Below, piece by piece: positions 18,988 to 28,657 of a DNA stretch of 64,000 nucleotides (its first letter is position 1; each line of letters opens with the position of its first letter). Both the position numbers and the translations under genes were made by a program. The notes below the pieces were generated by a model. It was not told the origin of the DNA, searched no databases, and was given only the letters and a program-made list of their open reading frames with translations. This DNA is from Patescibacteria group bacterium (lineage in GTDB: Bacteria > Patescibacteriota > JAQUNI01): the NCBI GenBank assembly GCA_028717685.1, contig JAQUNI010000002.1, positions 7,903 to 71,902 on the forward strand, read 5' to 3'.

Positions 18988-19138
18988 AAATTTTCAATTT
19001 CTAATTTTCAATTTTTATTAAATTTCTAATAATTTAATTTTCAAACAGTGAATAGAAACTTTTGTTGTGCGGTTATGAAGCTTTGAAAATTTAAAAATTG
19101 GGATTTGATTGAAAATTGGGATTTGAAAATTGAAAATT
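18988..19138. repeat. MITE-like inverted-repeat element (ttttcaatttctaattttcaattt family)
   Basis: Left arm 18988-19031, right arm 19085-19138 (its reverse complement). Same family at 32348-32462, 42064-42201 and 48811-48976, with a solo arm at 33117-33160. Confidence 0.55.
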
Positions 19139-20212
19139 AACCCCAAATCTATGCCTAAAAAACAAGTTATCTTGAATACCTCTTCAATTGTGATTGTAAA
19201 AATTGTTCTAGTTCTGCTAGGACTAGTCTTTTTGTATTTCGTGCGAGATGTAGTGATGGTTTTATTTACGGCGGTCGTGATTTCCGCCGCGCTTAATCCG
19301 ATCGTGGATTGGCTGCAAAAAAAGCGTATTCCGCGGACCTTAAGCGTACTTTTAATCTATACTGTCCTTCTTAGTATTGTTGTTCTATCCATCTATCTTT
19401 TAATTCCGCCGATTGTCACTCAGGTCAAAGATTTAGCGAATCAATTCCCTAATCTTTATGAGCAGCTGGCGCAGAAAGGGATGAAGTTGAAGGCTTTCTC
19501 GGCGCGCGAAGATCTTCTAAGTAATATCCAAAAAGTTGTTTCTTCGTTGGGTAATAATATTACAGGAGCGACGCGCAGTATCTTTGGGACTTTAGGCACC
19601 ATTTTTGGCAGTTTTATTTCCGCTTTTGTAATTTTGGTTTTATCTTTCTATTTAACCGTGCAGAAGGATGCCTTGAAGAGTTTTATTCGAGCGATTACGC
19701 CAGCACGTCGGCAAAAGCATATTATTGAACTTGTGGATCGCGTCCAGCATAAGATTGGGCAGTGGCTGTCTGGCCAGATTTTTTTATGCTTTGTGGTAGG
19801 TATCCTGACATTTTTAGGATTAACACTTCTAGGAGTGAAGTACAGCTTAGTTTTAGCGCTTTTCGCGGGGTTGATTGAGATTATTCCTTACGTGGGTCCA
19901 GTTTTAGGAGGACTGCCGGCTGTATTTTTAGCTTTGACCCAATCGCCAATTTTAGCTTTGTTCGTAATTATCCTTTTCTTTGTTGTCCAGCAGATAGAAA
20001 ATCATATCTTGGCGCCCAAGATAATGCAAAAAACGGTGGGTTTAAACCCGATTGTAGTTATTTTAGCTTTACTCGCGGGCGGCAAGCTCGCCGGGATTTT
20101 GGGGATGATTTTGGCTATCCCTGTCGCGACCGTGGTTACCGTTTTTGTACAGGATTATATGGAGCTTAAAAATAGAGCGCAAATTGCTAAAAAACCTAAA
20201 ATAAATGTTTAG
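19130..20212 (+). CDS. AI-2E family transporter (PerM/UPF0118 membrane protein)
   Basis: ~8 predicted TM helices. C-terminal motif LLAGGKLAGILGMILAIPVATVV. 360 aa. Confidence 0.75.
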   Translation: MKINPKSMPKKQVILNTSSIVIVKIVLVLLGLVFLYFVRDVVMVLFTAVVISAALNPIVDWLQKKRIPRTLSVLLIYTVLLSIVVLSIYLLIPPIVTQVKDLANQFPNLYEQLAQKGMKLKAFSAREDLLSNIQKVVSSLGNNITGATRSIFGTLGTIFGSFISAFVILVLSFYLTVQKDALKSFIRAITPARRQKHIIELVDRVQHKIGQWLSGQIFLCFVVGILTFLGLTLLGVKYSLVLALFAGLIEIIPYVGPVLGGLPAVFLALTQSPILALFVIILFFVVQQIENHILAPKIMQKTVGLNPIVVILALLAGGKLAGILGMILAIPVATVVTVFVQDYMELKNRAQIAKKPKINV

Positions 20213-20231
20213 CGCTTGTTATTCTTAAATT

Positions 20232-20266
20232 TAAAAAACCCTCCCATTATGAGAAGAGGGTTTTTG
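20232..20266. terminator. Bidirectional rho-independent terminator hairpin (accctcccattatgagaagagggttttt)
   Basis: 6-7 bp GC-rich stem followed by a T-run on the + strand and an A-run upstream. It sits between convergent genes. Confidence 0.5.
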
Positions 20267-20276
20267 GATAAAATCA

Positions 20277-20552
20277 TTAGCTCTCATTGTCAAGCTCAAG
20301 CTGGGACTGTTCCCCTGTCTTATCCAAAACGTTTTTTAAAGCCTTCTCCTCCAGGATTTTGATGATTTTCTGGGTCACTTGCGCTTTTTCCGGTTTGGCC
20401 GCAAATTGCGTAGCCGCATGGGTGATTTGGGCGATAACAGTTCTTTGGTCATCAAGTTCGGAAACAATTTCCAGGGCTTTAGCAATTAAATCGGCTTCAG
20501 AGGTGTTTAAGACCTCAAAGAACAAGTCCCAAAATGCTTTTTTCTGATCCAT
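20277..20552 (-). CDS. Hypothetical small helical protein (91 aa)
   Basis: Its non-repetitive, helix-like composition makes it the preferred reading over the overlapping + strand ORF. It is convergent with the AI-2E gene and shares the terminator hairpin. Confidence 0.45.
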   Translation of the reverse strand: MDQKKAFWDLFFEVLNTSEADLIAKALEIVSELDDQRTVIAQITHAATQFAAKPEKAQVTQKIIKILEEKALKNVLDKTGEQSQLELDNES

Positions 20553-20663
20553 AGAAGTAATCTAAAATGGAAAATCTAAAATATATATTTAAATCAAATT
20601 TTACATTTTAGATTTTAGTTTTTAAATTGAATTAGATTTTTAATTCTATCACAATATAAATTC

Positions 20664-22043
20664 GTGTCAAAATTCTATATTACCACCCCAATTTATTATG
20701 TAAATGATAAGCCGCATATTGGCCACGCTTATACGACAGTGGCAGCGGATGTTTTAGCACGCTGGCAGAAAATGAACGGCAAGGATGTGTTTTTTTTAAC
20801 GGGTACAGATGAGCATGGAGCAAAGATCGCAGAGGCAGCGGAAAAAGCAGGCAAAAATCCGCAGGAATTCTCCGATCAAGTCTCTGAAGAATTTAAAAAA
20901 ACGTGGAAGAACTTAGATATTGAACCTTCATATTTTATTCGGACAACTAATCCCGAACATGAAAAATTGGCAGTCGCTTTTTTAAGCCGTCTTTATGAAA
21001 AAGGTTTTTTGTATGAAAAAGATTATAAAGGGCTTTATTGTATTGGTTGTGAGAAATTTTTGACGGAAAAAGAATTGCTAGAAGGCAAATGTCCGGATCA
21101 TAATCAAAAACCCGAGATGGTTTTAGAAAAAAATTGGTTTTTCAACTTGAAGGAATTTTTACCAAAAGTTAAAGAAATAGTCGCGGGGGGTAAAATAAAG
21201 ATTGAGCCAGACACAGCTTATCAAGAGGTTTTAGGGATTTTCAAACAAGGTTTAGATGATTTTTCTATTTCGCGGCAGAAGGTAAAGTGGGGCATCCCCG
21301 TTCCTTGGGATAAGACACAAACAATTTATGTCTGGGTAGAGGCTTTGCTCAATTATTGGACTGCTCTCAAGATTGCCGACCATGAGGATTTTTGGCCGCC
21401 GGATGTGCATTTGATGAGCCACGATATTTTAAAATTTCATGCCATTTATTGGCTGGCGATGTTAGCGGCGGCAGATGTTGATCTTCCGCGCAGAATTTTT
21501 GTCCATGGTTATTTTACAATTGATGGTCAAAAGATGTCCAAGACGATAGGAAATGTGATTGATCCCAATGTTTTGGTGAAGAAGTTTGGGGTGGATGCCA
21601 CACGCTATCTTTTGCTTTCCCGGTTTCCTTTTGGGAAGGATGGCGATATCTCGGAAGCTAAGATGAAAGAGATGTATAATGCGGATTTGGCGAACGGAAT
21701 AGGAAATTTGGTGGCTCGAGTGGCGCGTTTTCAATTGCGGATTGATAAATTGCGAATTGCGAATTGCGAATTAAAAGAGTATAAAAGTTTAATGGAAGAG
21801 CTTAAATTTTATGAGGTGTTGAAGTTAATTATGAACAAAGTAAAGGAATGTAATGATATGATTGAAGAGAAGAAACCCTGGAGAATAAAAAATGAGCAGG
21901 AAATTAAGAAAACTTTAATGCCAGTGGTTGAGAAGATTATAATTATTGCGGAAATGTTGAAGCCATTTATGCCCAATGTTAGCGGAAAAATTTTAGAGAT
22001 TTTAAAGACTAGGAAGAGTGAAATTTTATTCCCCCGTATTTAA
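20664..22043 (+). CDS. metG: Methionine--tRNA ligase (short form)
   Basis: HIGH motif (PHIGHAYT) and KMSKTIGN. N-terminus MSKFYITTPIYYVNDKPHIGH. Confidence 0.9.
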   Translation: MSKFYITTPIYYVNDKPHIGHAYTTVAADVLARWQKMNGKDVFFLTGTDEHGAKIAEAAEKAGKNPQEFSDQVSEEFKKTWKNLDIEPSYFIRTTNPEHEKLAVAFLSRLYEKGFLYEKDYKGLYCIGCEKFLTEKELLEGKCPDHNQKPEMVLEKNWFFNLKEFLPKVKEIVAGGKIKIEPDTAYQEVLGIFKQGLDDFSISRQKVKWGIPVPWDKTQTIYVWVEALLNYWTALKIADHEDFWPPDVHLMSHDILKFHAIYWLAMLAAADVDLPRRIFVHGYFTIDGQKMSKTIGNVIDPNVLVKKFGVDATRYLLLSRFPFGKDGDISEAKMKEMYNADLANGIGNLVARVARFQLRIDKLRIANCELKEYKSLMEELKFYEVLKLIMNKVKECNDMIEEKKPWRIKNEQEIKKTLMPVVEKIIIIAEMLKPFMPNVSGKILEILKTRKSEILFPRI

Positions 22044-22059
22044 TAATTTTAAATTTGTT

Positions 22060-22875
22060 ATGATTGACACCCACGCGCATTTAAATTTCAAAGACTTTAA
22101 TGAAGATTATAAGCAGGTAATCAAAGATTCGATTGATAATGGCGTAGAGACTATTATAAATGTTGGTTCAGATTTTCAAACAAGCGAGAAAGCGATTAAA
22201 ATCGCGGGGGAAAATGAAATTTGTTATGCCGCGGTTGGTATTCATCCGATTCATACGGATCGGGTGGAAGGGATGCAAGAGGAAGAAATTTTTGAAAAAT
22301 TGGTAAATTTGGCAAAGGGAAAGAAAATAGTTGCGATCGGTGAAACAGGATTAGACTATTATCATCTGCCGTCGGAACAAAAGAAAAAGGGCAAGGTGAC
22401 GCGAGCGCAAAAACAATTATTTCAAATTCATTTAAATTTGGCGAGAAAAACAAATTTGTTTTTGATTTTGCATTGCCGCGACGCCTATGATGATTTACTG
22501 CAGATTATCAATGAAACAATAAAGCAATGGAACAATGAAATTATGATGGGGGTGGTGCATTGTTTTTGCGGCAGTCTTGAAATAGCAAGAAGGTTTTTAG
22601 ATCTAGGCCTTTATGTTGGTTTTACGGGTATGGTTACATATCCGGGCAATGAAAATTTGTCGCAGGTAATCCGTGAAATTCCGTTGGAAAAAATTTTAGT
22701 GGAAACGGATTGCCCGTACCTGCCGCCTCAGGAAAAACGTGGGGAAAGGAATTTGCCATACTATGTGAAATATACAATCCAAAAAATCGCGGAAATGAAG
22801 GGTTTAGATTATAAGGAAATGGAAAAGACTTTAAGTAAGAATGCAACTAATGCTTTTAATTTATCAATTACTTAA
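22060..22875 (+). CDS. tatD: TatD-family metal-dependent hydrolase/DNase
   Basis: MIDTHAHLNF start with HxH and conserved E/H/D residues. Start taken at the internal Met, 17 nt after the metG stop. Confidence 0.85.
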   Translation: MIDTHAHLNFKDFNEDYKQVIKDSIDNGVETIINVGSDFQTSEKAIKIAGENEICYAAVGIHPIHTDRVEGMQEEEIFEKLVNLAKGKKIVAIGETGLDYYHLPSEQKKKGKVTRAQKQLFQIHLNLARKTNLFLILHCRDAYDDLLQIINETIKQWNNEIMMGVVHCFCGSLEIARRFLDLGLYVGFTGMVTYPGNENLSQVIREIPLEKILVETDCPYLPPQEKRGERNLPYYVKYTIQKIAEMKGLDYKEMEKTLSKNATNAFNLSIT

Positions 22876-23213
22876 TTGCGGATTGCGCATTGCGGATTAT
22901 GAAGATCAAAAAATTTGAAGAATTACCAATTTGGAAACTCAGTTTACCTTGAATCGCGAAATGTATCGTCTATTAACGAGGGAGTCCCTCACCTTTTGTA
23001 AAAGATGGGGGACGACCGAAGCCCGCCCTCCTCGCACTCCCGCGAAGCTTGCGAGCGGGCAGGCAATCTCCTAAATCTGTATAAATACAGCTCGATGAGA
23101 TTGCTTCGTCGTCCGCTTAGGGCGGACTCCTCGCAATGACAAAATAAATTTCGTAATTCAAGGTTGAAAAGTAATGCGCAATTCGAAATTGATGAATTAA
23201 ATAATTTATTGAA

Positions 23214-25709
23214 ATGTATAATCACAAAGAAATAGAAAAAAAATGGCAAAAGAAATGGGAAAAAGATAGACTTTACAAATCCCAGGATTTTAGCGATAAA
23301 CCCAAATTTTATTGCTTGGATATGTTCCCCTATCCTTCGGGCGCGGGTCTGCACGTGGGGCACCCCGAGGGTTACACGGCAACAGACATTGTTTCCCGCT
23401 ACAAGCGGATGAATGGCTATAATGTCCTGCATCCGATGGGTTGGGACGCTTTCGGGTTACCCGCGGAAAATTACGCGATTAAGACTAAGGTTCACCCCGA
23501 TAAAAGCACGCACGAGAATATTAATCGTTTTCGGGAACAGATTCAGTCCTTAGGTTTATCTTACGACTGGGAACGGGAAGTGGACACTTCCAGCCCGGAA
23601 TATTACAAATGGACACAGTGGTTTTTCCTCTTTTTGTATAAAAACGGCTGGGCTTATCGCAAAAAAGCGCCGGTGAATTGGTGTCCTTCCTGCCAGACTG
23701 TGCTTGCGAATGAACAGGTGATTGATGGCGCGTGCGACCGTTGCAAAACTAAAGTTATTCAAAAAGAACTTAAACAGTGGTTTTTCAAGATTACCGATTT
23801 TGCCGAAGAATTAATCGCTGGTTTGGATAAAATTGACTGGCCAGAATCAACCAAAATTATGCAGAGGCATTGGATTGGAAAGAGCGAGGGGGCCGAAATA
23901 AAATTTTCAATTTTCAATTTTCAATTTTCAATTAGTGTTTTTACGACAAGACCGGATACAATTTTTGGGGCTACTTATTTGGTTTTGGCACCGGAACATA
24001 AAATTGTAGAAAAGTTAAAAGATAAAATTGAAAATTATGCAGAAATAGAGAAATATGTTTTGGCATCTAAGAAAAAAACGGAAAGGGAAAGATTAGCGCA
24101 AGAAAAGGAGAAGACAGGCGTGGAATTGAAAGGTATCAAAGCTATAAATCCGGCTAATAATCAAGAAATCCCCATTTTTATTGCAGATTATGTGCTCAAG
24201 GGTTATGGCACGGGTGCGATTATGGCGGTGCCAAAACATGATTTACGTGATTATTTATTTGCTCAAAAGTATAATTTACCAATAGTTGAGGTGATAAAAC
24301 TATGTGAAATTAAAAATGAAAAATTAAAAATTAAAAATCACAATTTAAAATTTAAAAATAATAGAGAGGAAGAATTAGTTTATGAAGATGAGGGGGTATT
24401 AGTTAACTCTGGCGAATTTAACGGGTTGGATTCGGAAGCAGCGAGGGAAAAAATCACCGAATGGCTAGCTACAAAGGGATTAGCCAAGAAAAAAATAAAT
24501 TACAAACTCCGTGATTGGCTGATTTCGCGGCAAAGATATTGGGGCGCGCCGATTCCTATATTTTATTGTGAAAAATGCGGCGAGGTGCCAGTATCAGAAG
24601 AAGATTTGCCGGTGTTATTGCCTCGCGATGTAGATTTTATGCCGCACGGAGAATCGCCGCTTACGCGCTCTAAGGAATTTCATAAAGTCAAATGCCCAAA
24701 ATGCGGGGGGAAGGCGCGGCGCGAATCAGATACTATGGATACCTTCGTCTGTTCTTCCTGGTATTTTTTTCGGTATTGCGATCCCAAAAATGCAGAAGAA
24801 TTTGCTTCCAAGAAACTTTTAAAATATTGGATGCCCGTTGATTTATATGTGGGCGGCGCGGAACATACGGTTCTGCATTTGCTATACTCCCGCTTTTTTA
24901 CCAAAGCCCTGCATAAAAAGGGCTTAATCAATTTTGACGAGCCTTTCTTAAAACTCCGTCACCAAGGAATGATTTTAGCCGAAGACGGTCGCAAGATGAG
25001 CAAGAGTTTAGGCAATGTGATTAATCCAGATGAGGTGGTAGAAAAGTATGGCGCCGACACAATGCGGATGTATGAGATGTTTATGGGACCGTTTGAAGAT
25101 TCTATCGCTTGGAACACCAAAGGGGTGATTGGAGTGCGAAGGTTTTTGGAAAAAGTGTGGAAGATAAAGTCAGGAATCAGGAACCAGGAATCAGGAACCA
25201 GGAATAATAAGCTAGATGGCTTGGTTCATAGAATAATTAAAAAGGTGGGTGTTGATATTGAGAACTTTAAGTTTAATACCGCGGTGGCGAGTTTAATGAT
25301 TTTGGTGAACCATATGGAAAGGGAAGAATTTATCCCCCAGCATTTATTTGAATCATTTTTAAAAATTTTATCGCCTTTCGCGCCACATTTGGCGGAAGAA
25401 TTATGGACACAGCTTGGATACAAAGTCGGAGATGCCGAAGGTAGTGGAACTGCTGACGAAGGAAGTAAGAGTATTTTTGTTGAAAAATGGCCAGAATATG
25501 ATTTGCGATTAGTGCAAGAGGACGAAGTGGACTTAGTGATTCAGGTGAATGGCAAGGTGCGGGCGGTCGTTCAGGTAAAGACGGATATTTCCGAAAGCGA
25601 AGCTAAAAAAATCGCTCTGAAACAGGAAAAAATTAAGAAATGGATAGGCGGCAAGAAAGTCCGCAAATTTATTTTCGTGCCAGGCAGGCTGATTAATATT
25701 GTTATTTAA
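23214..25709 (+). CDS. leuS: Leucine--tRNA ligase (bacterial type) with in-frame AT-repeat insertions
   Basis: FPYPSGAGLHVGHPEGYTATDIVSRY (HIGH), KMSKSLGNVINP, and a CxxC...CxxC zinc knuckle. Confidence 0.92.
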   Translation: MYNHKEIEKKWQKKWEKDRLYKSQDFSDKPKFYCLDMFPYPSGAGLHVGHPEGYTATDIVSRYKRMNGYNVLHPMGWDAFGLPAENYAIKTKVHPDKSTHENINRFREQIQSLGLSYDWEREVDTSSPEYYKWTQWFFLFLYKNGWAYRKKAPVNWCPSCQTVLANEQVIDGACDRCKTKVIQKELKQWFFKITDFAEELIAGLDKIDWPESTKIMQRHWIGKSEGAEIKFSIFNFQFSISVFTTRPDTIFGATYLVLAPEHKIVEKLKDKIENYAEIEKYVLASKKKTERERLAQEKEKTGVELKGIKAINPANNQEIPIFIADYVLKGYGTGAIMAVPKHDLRDYLFAQKYNLPIVEVIKLCEIKNEKLKIKNHNLKFKNNREEELVYEDEGVLVNSGEFNGLDSEAAREKITEWLATKGLAKKKINYKLRDWLISRQRYWGAPIPIFYCEKCGEVPVSEEDLPVLLPRDVDFMPHGESPLTRSKEFHKVKCPKCGGKARRESDTMDTFVCSSWYFFRYCDPKNAEEFASKKLLKYWMPVDLYVGGAEHTVLHLLYSRFFTKALHKKGLINFDEPFLKLRHQGMILAEDGRKMSKSLGNVINPDEVVEKYGADTMRMYEMFMGPFEDSIAWNTKGVIGVRRFLEKVWKIKSGIRNQESGTRNNKLDGLVHRIIKKVGVDIENFKFNTAVASLMILVNHMEREEFIPQHLFESFLKILSPFAPHLAEELWTQLGYKVGDAEGSGTADEGSKSIFVEKWPEYDLRLVQEDEVDLVIQVNGKVRAVVQVKTDISESEAKKIALKQEKIKKWIGGKKVRKFIFVPGRLINIVI

Positions 25710-25785
25710 CATTGCTGCATTGGTTTCTGAAACCAAATTTTCTGTAAATTGGGAATCCTGATAAAAGAAGGGAAGGAGAGAAGAG

Positions 25786-26517
25786 ATGAGTGATATTCTG
25801 GAAGTACTGACAAAGGAAGTATATGTGACCTTAGATGGTGAAAAGTTTGATCTTAGTAAGTTATCCCGAGAAGAGTGGAGAGTGTATTGGGTCGTGCGGC
25901 AATTTTGGGGAAAAGTGCCGAGGCCTGGGTGGGCAGGCGAGTTCCCGAATTTTTGGTCAAGCCAGTTAGTAAATCTATATGGCGGAGAGCAGCAGATGTT
26001 GGGCACAGTTCTTTATGAAATTTGTCAAGATTTGGAGGCATATTTGGGCATTAAACAGGGCTATATTATGCCGCCTGAAGAATGTTATCGGTTCTTGAAA
26101 GATCGGGGCATAGCGTGTAGGGGTAAGCTTATTTTTTTCTTTTATGCTGTGAGGAGTTTCAGAGGGCTGACAGAAGAGAGGGTGCAAAGCTACCTTTATC
26201 TTTTGCACCTTATGAAAATATTGCCCTTGTTGGGATATCCCTTCAGGCACAGACCAGAACCACATAGCGACTATTTACAAACTGATCTTGAGGGTCTTAC
26301 TGCCGCCGGATATTTGGAAGCAGGATCAGAAGGGGTTACTATTACGGAACAGGGAGTGTCTTGGGTAGAGAAAGAAATCCCTCCGGTTCCCGTGTGCCAG
26401 TTACTGGAGGATATAATCAGGGTTAAGACTGAAGAGTTTGTCGTTTTATCTGATCCGGAGTTGTTTGGCGCAGTACTTCAAGAGTATGGCAAGAGCCATG
26501 CTTTGCGGGCTGCTTAA
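25786..26517 (+). CDS. Hypothetical protein (243 aa)
   Basis: RBS ggaaggagagaag precedes the ATG. No motif recognised. Confidence 0.55.
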   Translation: MSDILEVLTKEVYVTLDGEKFDLSKLSREEWRVYWVVRQFWGKVPRPGWAGEFPNFWSSQLVNLYGGEQQMLGTVLYEICQDLEAYLGIKQGYIMPPEECYRFLKDRGIACRGKLIFFFYAVRSFRGLTEERVQSYLYLLHLMKILPLLGYPFRHRPEPHSDYLQTDLEGLTAAGYLEAGSEGVTITEQGVSWVEKEIPPVPVCQLLEDIIRVKTEEFVVLSDPELFGAVLQEYGKSHALRAA

Positions 26518-26640
26518 AATAGGAGCGATGAGGTCAAAATTATTGGCCTCTATTTTTTTGACACTCCGCAGGAATTAATGGTTTAATTTAGGGAAAATTG
26601 AACCAAAGCAGTGATTGTAATATTTTATGATTTATCAGTT

Positions 26641-26669
26641 AGATTTGACAGATTTGGATGTTTGCTGTA
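26641..26669 (+). promoter_or_regulatory. Putative sigma70-like promoter (ttgaca-17-tatcct) upstream of the secreted-protein gene
   Basis: -35 TTGACA and a TATAAT-like -10 with 17-bp spacing, ~75 nt upstream of the ATG at 26747. Confidence 0.25.
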
Positions 26670-26746
26670 TCCTTTTATCTTGGCTCTCTAATGGGTAAAA
26701 ACTAGCAGAACTTCAATTTTTTTATTAAATCTTAAGATTCTAGCAT

Positions 26747-27208
26747 ATGAAGAAACTCATTTTTTCGGTCGGAGTAGGCGTTTTAGCCTTTTGCAGCGTA
26801 GGATTCTCGGCCCAGGCGCATTGTAATTGGGCTTGCCAGGATCCCGAGTATGACTGGGTGATTAAGCCAGAAGTCCTTGGCGATAGATTGAAGATTATCG
26901 CCAACCCGGCATTTACTTGCGCACCAGGGTGCGGGGACAAAATTGTGATTACGGGCGACCCAGACAAGTGGAAATACGCATGGGAAATGAAATGGACCAA
27001 CCAGGGCTATGTTGCCTATATCCCTTTGAGCAAGCTGCCCAGAGGGCGCAAAATTCGCATGAATTACGCGATTCGCAGTTATAACAACAACACTTGTTGG
27101 GCTTTGTATTCAGAAGACAATGATGATGAATGGACCGGTCCAGGGAGCCACGGCGGCACGATTATTGACTTTATGATTCAAGGCAGGCGGGTGGTGCCAG
27201 TGGATTAA
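26747..27208 (+). CDS. Small secreted cysteine-rich hypothetical protein (signal peptide)
   Basis: N-terminus MKKLIFSVGVGVLAFCSVGFSAQA with an Ala-x-Ala cleavage site. 6 Cys. Followed by a strong terminator. Confidence 0.6.
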   Translation: MKKLIFSVGVGVLAFCSVGFSAQAHCNWACQDPEYDWVIKPEVLGDRLKIIANPAFTCAPGCGDKIVITGDPDKWKYAWEMKWTNQGYVAYIPLSKLPRGRKIRMNYAIRSYNNNTCWALYSEDNDDEWTGPGSHGGTIIDFMIQGRRVVPVD

Positions 27209-27221
27209 AGAATTTTTGAAA

Positions 27222-27262
27222 TAAACAAGATCGCCTTTCAAGATAAGGCGATCTTGTTTATT
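27222..27262 (+). terminator. Rho-independent terminator (aaacaagatcgccTTTCAAGATAAggcgatcttgttt + T-run)
   Basis: Perfect 13-bp stem followed by a T-rich tail. Confidence 0.7.
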
Positions 27263-27495
27263 TACTTTGGTAACGATGATTTGTTATAATGGAAAAGTAG
27301 AAAATATAATTGATATTATGGAAGCTTTTGGGATCAATCCATAATATATATGTTTTCTAGATGCGGATGTAACTAATTTAGAAAGAGACATTGAACCAAC
27401 GAAAAAGGAGGGTTTTTGGGCTCATTGTCAACCGAATAACCGAATGGTGGTATAAGGGTTGTTTTGCGCGAAATGGCGCAGAAAGGATAGGAAAA

Positions 27496-28446
27496 ATGGA
27501 ATGGACCGAAGAGTTCATTGGTGAACAAGTGGAAGGTATCAGAGCATTCGTCGGCGACCAAAAAGCTCTCGTTGCACTCTCGGGCGGCGTGGATAGCTCG
27601 GTGGTAGCGATGTTAGCCTATAATGCGTTGCCATCAGAGCAGGTTGCATTCGTCACCATCGATGATGGGTTCCGGCGAAAAGGCGAACCAGAATGGGTAG
27701 CGATAACCTTTAAAGAGCTCGGCATTACCGCAGAGATAGTAGTGGCTGAAAATGTAATTTATCGGTCTTATCTTTCTTTAAGACAGGCAAGAAGTGCGGG
27801 GGAAAAAAGGAAATGGTTCCGTCAGGTTTTCTATGAGCTTTTGGCCTTTGAAGCCCAAAAATTGGGGGCAACTATTGCTCTGCAGGGAACTAACAAGGCG
27901 GATGTCCAGGAAACTGTCGCTGGTGTCAAAGCCCAGCACAATGTGCTATCCCAGATCGGCATTGACCCCCTCGTGGAATATGGCATCAAGGTTTATGAAC
28001 CCCTAGCCGAGCTTTACAAGGACCAAATCCGAAAAGTGGCTCGCATTCTTAAGTTGCCGAAAGAAATCTGCACTCGTATGCCGTTCCCGGGACCAGGACT
28101 CTCCATTAGGGTCTATGGAGCGCCTACCAAGCCAAAAATAGCCATAATCAGAGAGATAACGGCGATAGTAGAAAAGATGCTCCTGCCACTCAATCCTTTC
28201 CAAGTGCTGGCGTATTTGGGACCCAAGGCAACTGGCGTTAGCACGGAAGGCAAAAGAATAAACGGTTACGTTGTCTATGTGCGGGCGGTTAATTCTATTG
28301 ATGCCATCACCGCCACACCAATTCAGATGACCGGTCAAATTGAAGACGAACTGATCGCACATATCACGGCTGCCTTTCCTAGCGAAATCAGCCATGTGCT
28401 TTTTGATTACACGCCAAAACCGCCCGCTACGATTGAATTTGAGTAA
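27496..28446 (+). CDS. GMP synthase ATP-pyrophosphatase (PP-loop) subunit/domain, lacking a glutamine amidotransferase domain
   Basis: PP-loop SGGVDSSV and the GMP-synthase-specific C-terminal motif YEPLAELYKDQIRKVARILKLPKEICTRMPFPGPGLSIR. Confidence 0.75.
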   Translation: MEWTEEFIGEQVEGIRAFVGDQKALVALSGGVDSSVVAMLAYNALPSEQVAFVTIDDGFRRKGEPEWVAITFKELGITAEIVVAENVIYRSYLSLRQARSAGEKRKWFRQVFYELLAFEAQKLGATIALQGTNKADVQETVAGVKAQHNVLSQIGIDPLVEYGIKVYEPLAELYKDQIRKVARILKLPKEICTRMPFPGPGLSIRVYGAPTKPKIAIIREITAIVEKMLLPLNPFQVLAYLGPKATGVSTEGKRINGYVVYVRAVNSIDAITATPIQMTGQIEDELIAHITAAFPSEISHVLFDYTPKPPATIEFE

Positions 28447-28465
28447 AGGATGAAAATATTATTTA

Positions 28466-28500
28466 ATACCTGTGGATAAGTTTCACAGGTTTTTTATTTT
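28466..28500 (+). terminator. Terminator-like hairpin (cctgtggataagtttcacagg + T-run)
   Basis: 6-bp stem followed by ttttttatttt. Confidence 0.45.
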
Positions 28501-28657
28501 GTCGAAGATTTTCTGACAAGAATAGATGATGAACATATTTAGTTTTTGGCTTAAATATGATAAAATTTTATTTAAAATATGATTTTAATAAAAATTAGTA
28601 GGAAAATATTTGACATAAATCTGAACTCGGAATAAAATAAAAAAGTATTTAAAAAAT

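Noticed and set aside
20287-20547. 86-aa + strand ORF overlapping the 20277-20552 minus-strand ORF
   Set aside because: It starts inside the terminator hairpin of the AI-2E gene and has a Ser/Trp/Cys-rich, unprotein-like composition. I preferred the minus-strand reading, but neither is certain.
22989-23432. 147-aa minus-strand ORF
   Set aside because: It spans the repeat-filled tatD-leuS spacer and overlaps the well-supported leuS start. No RBS and no motif.
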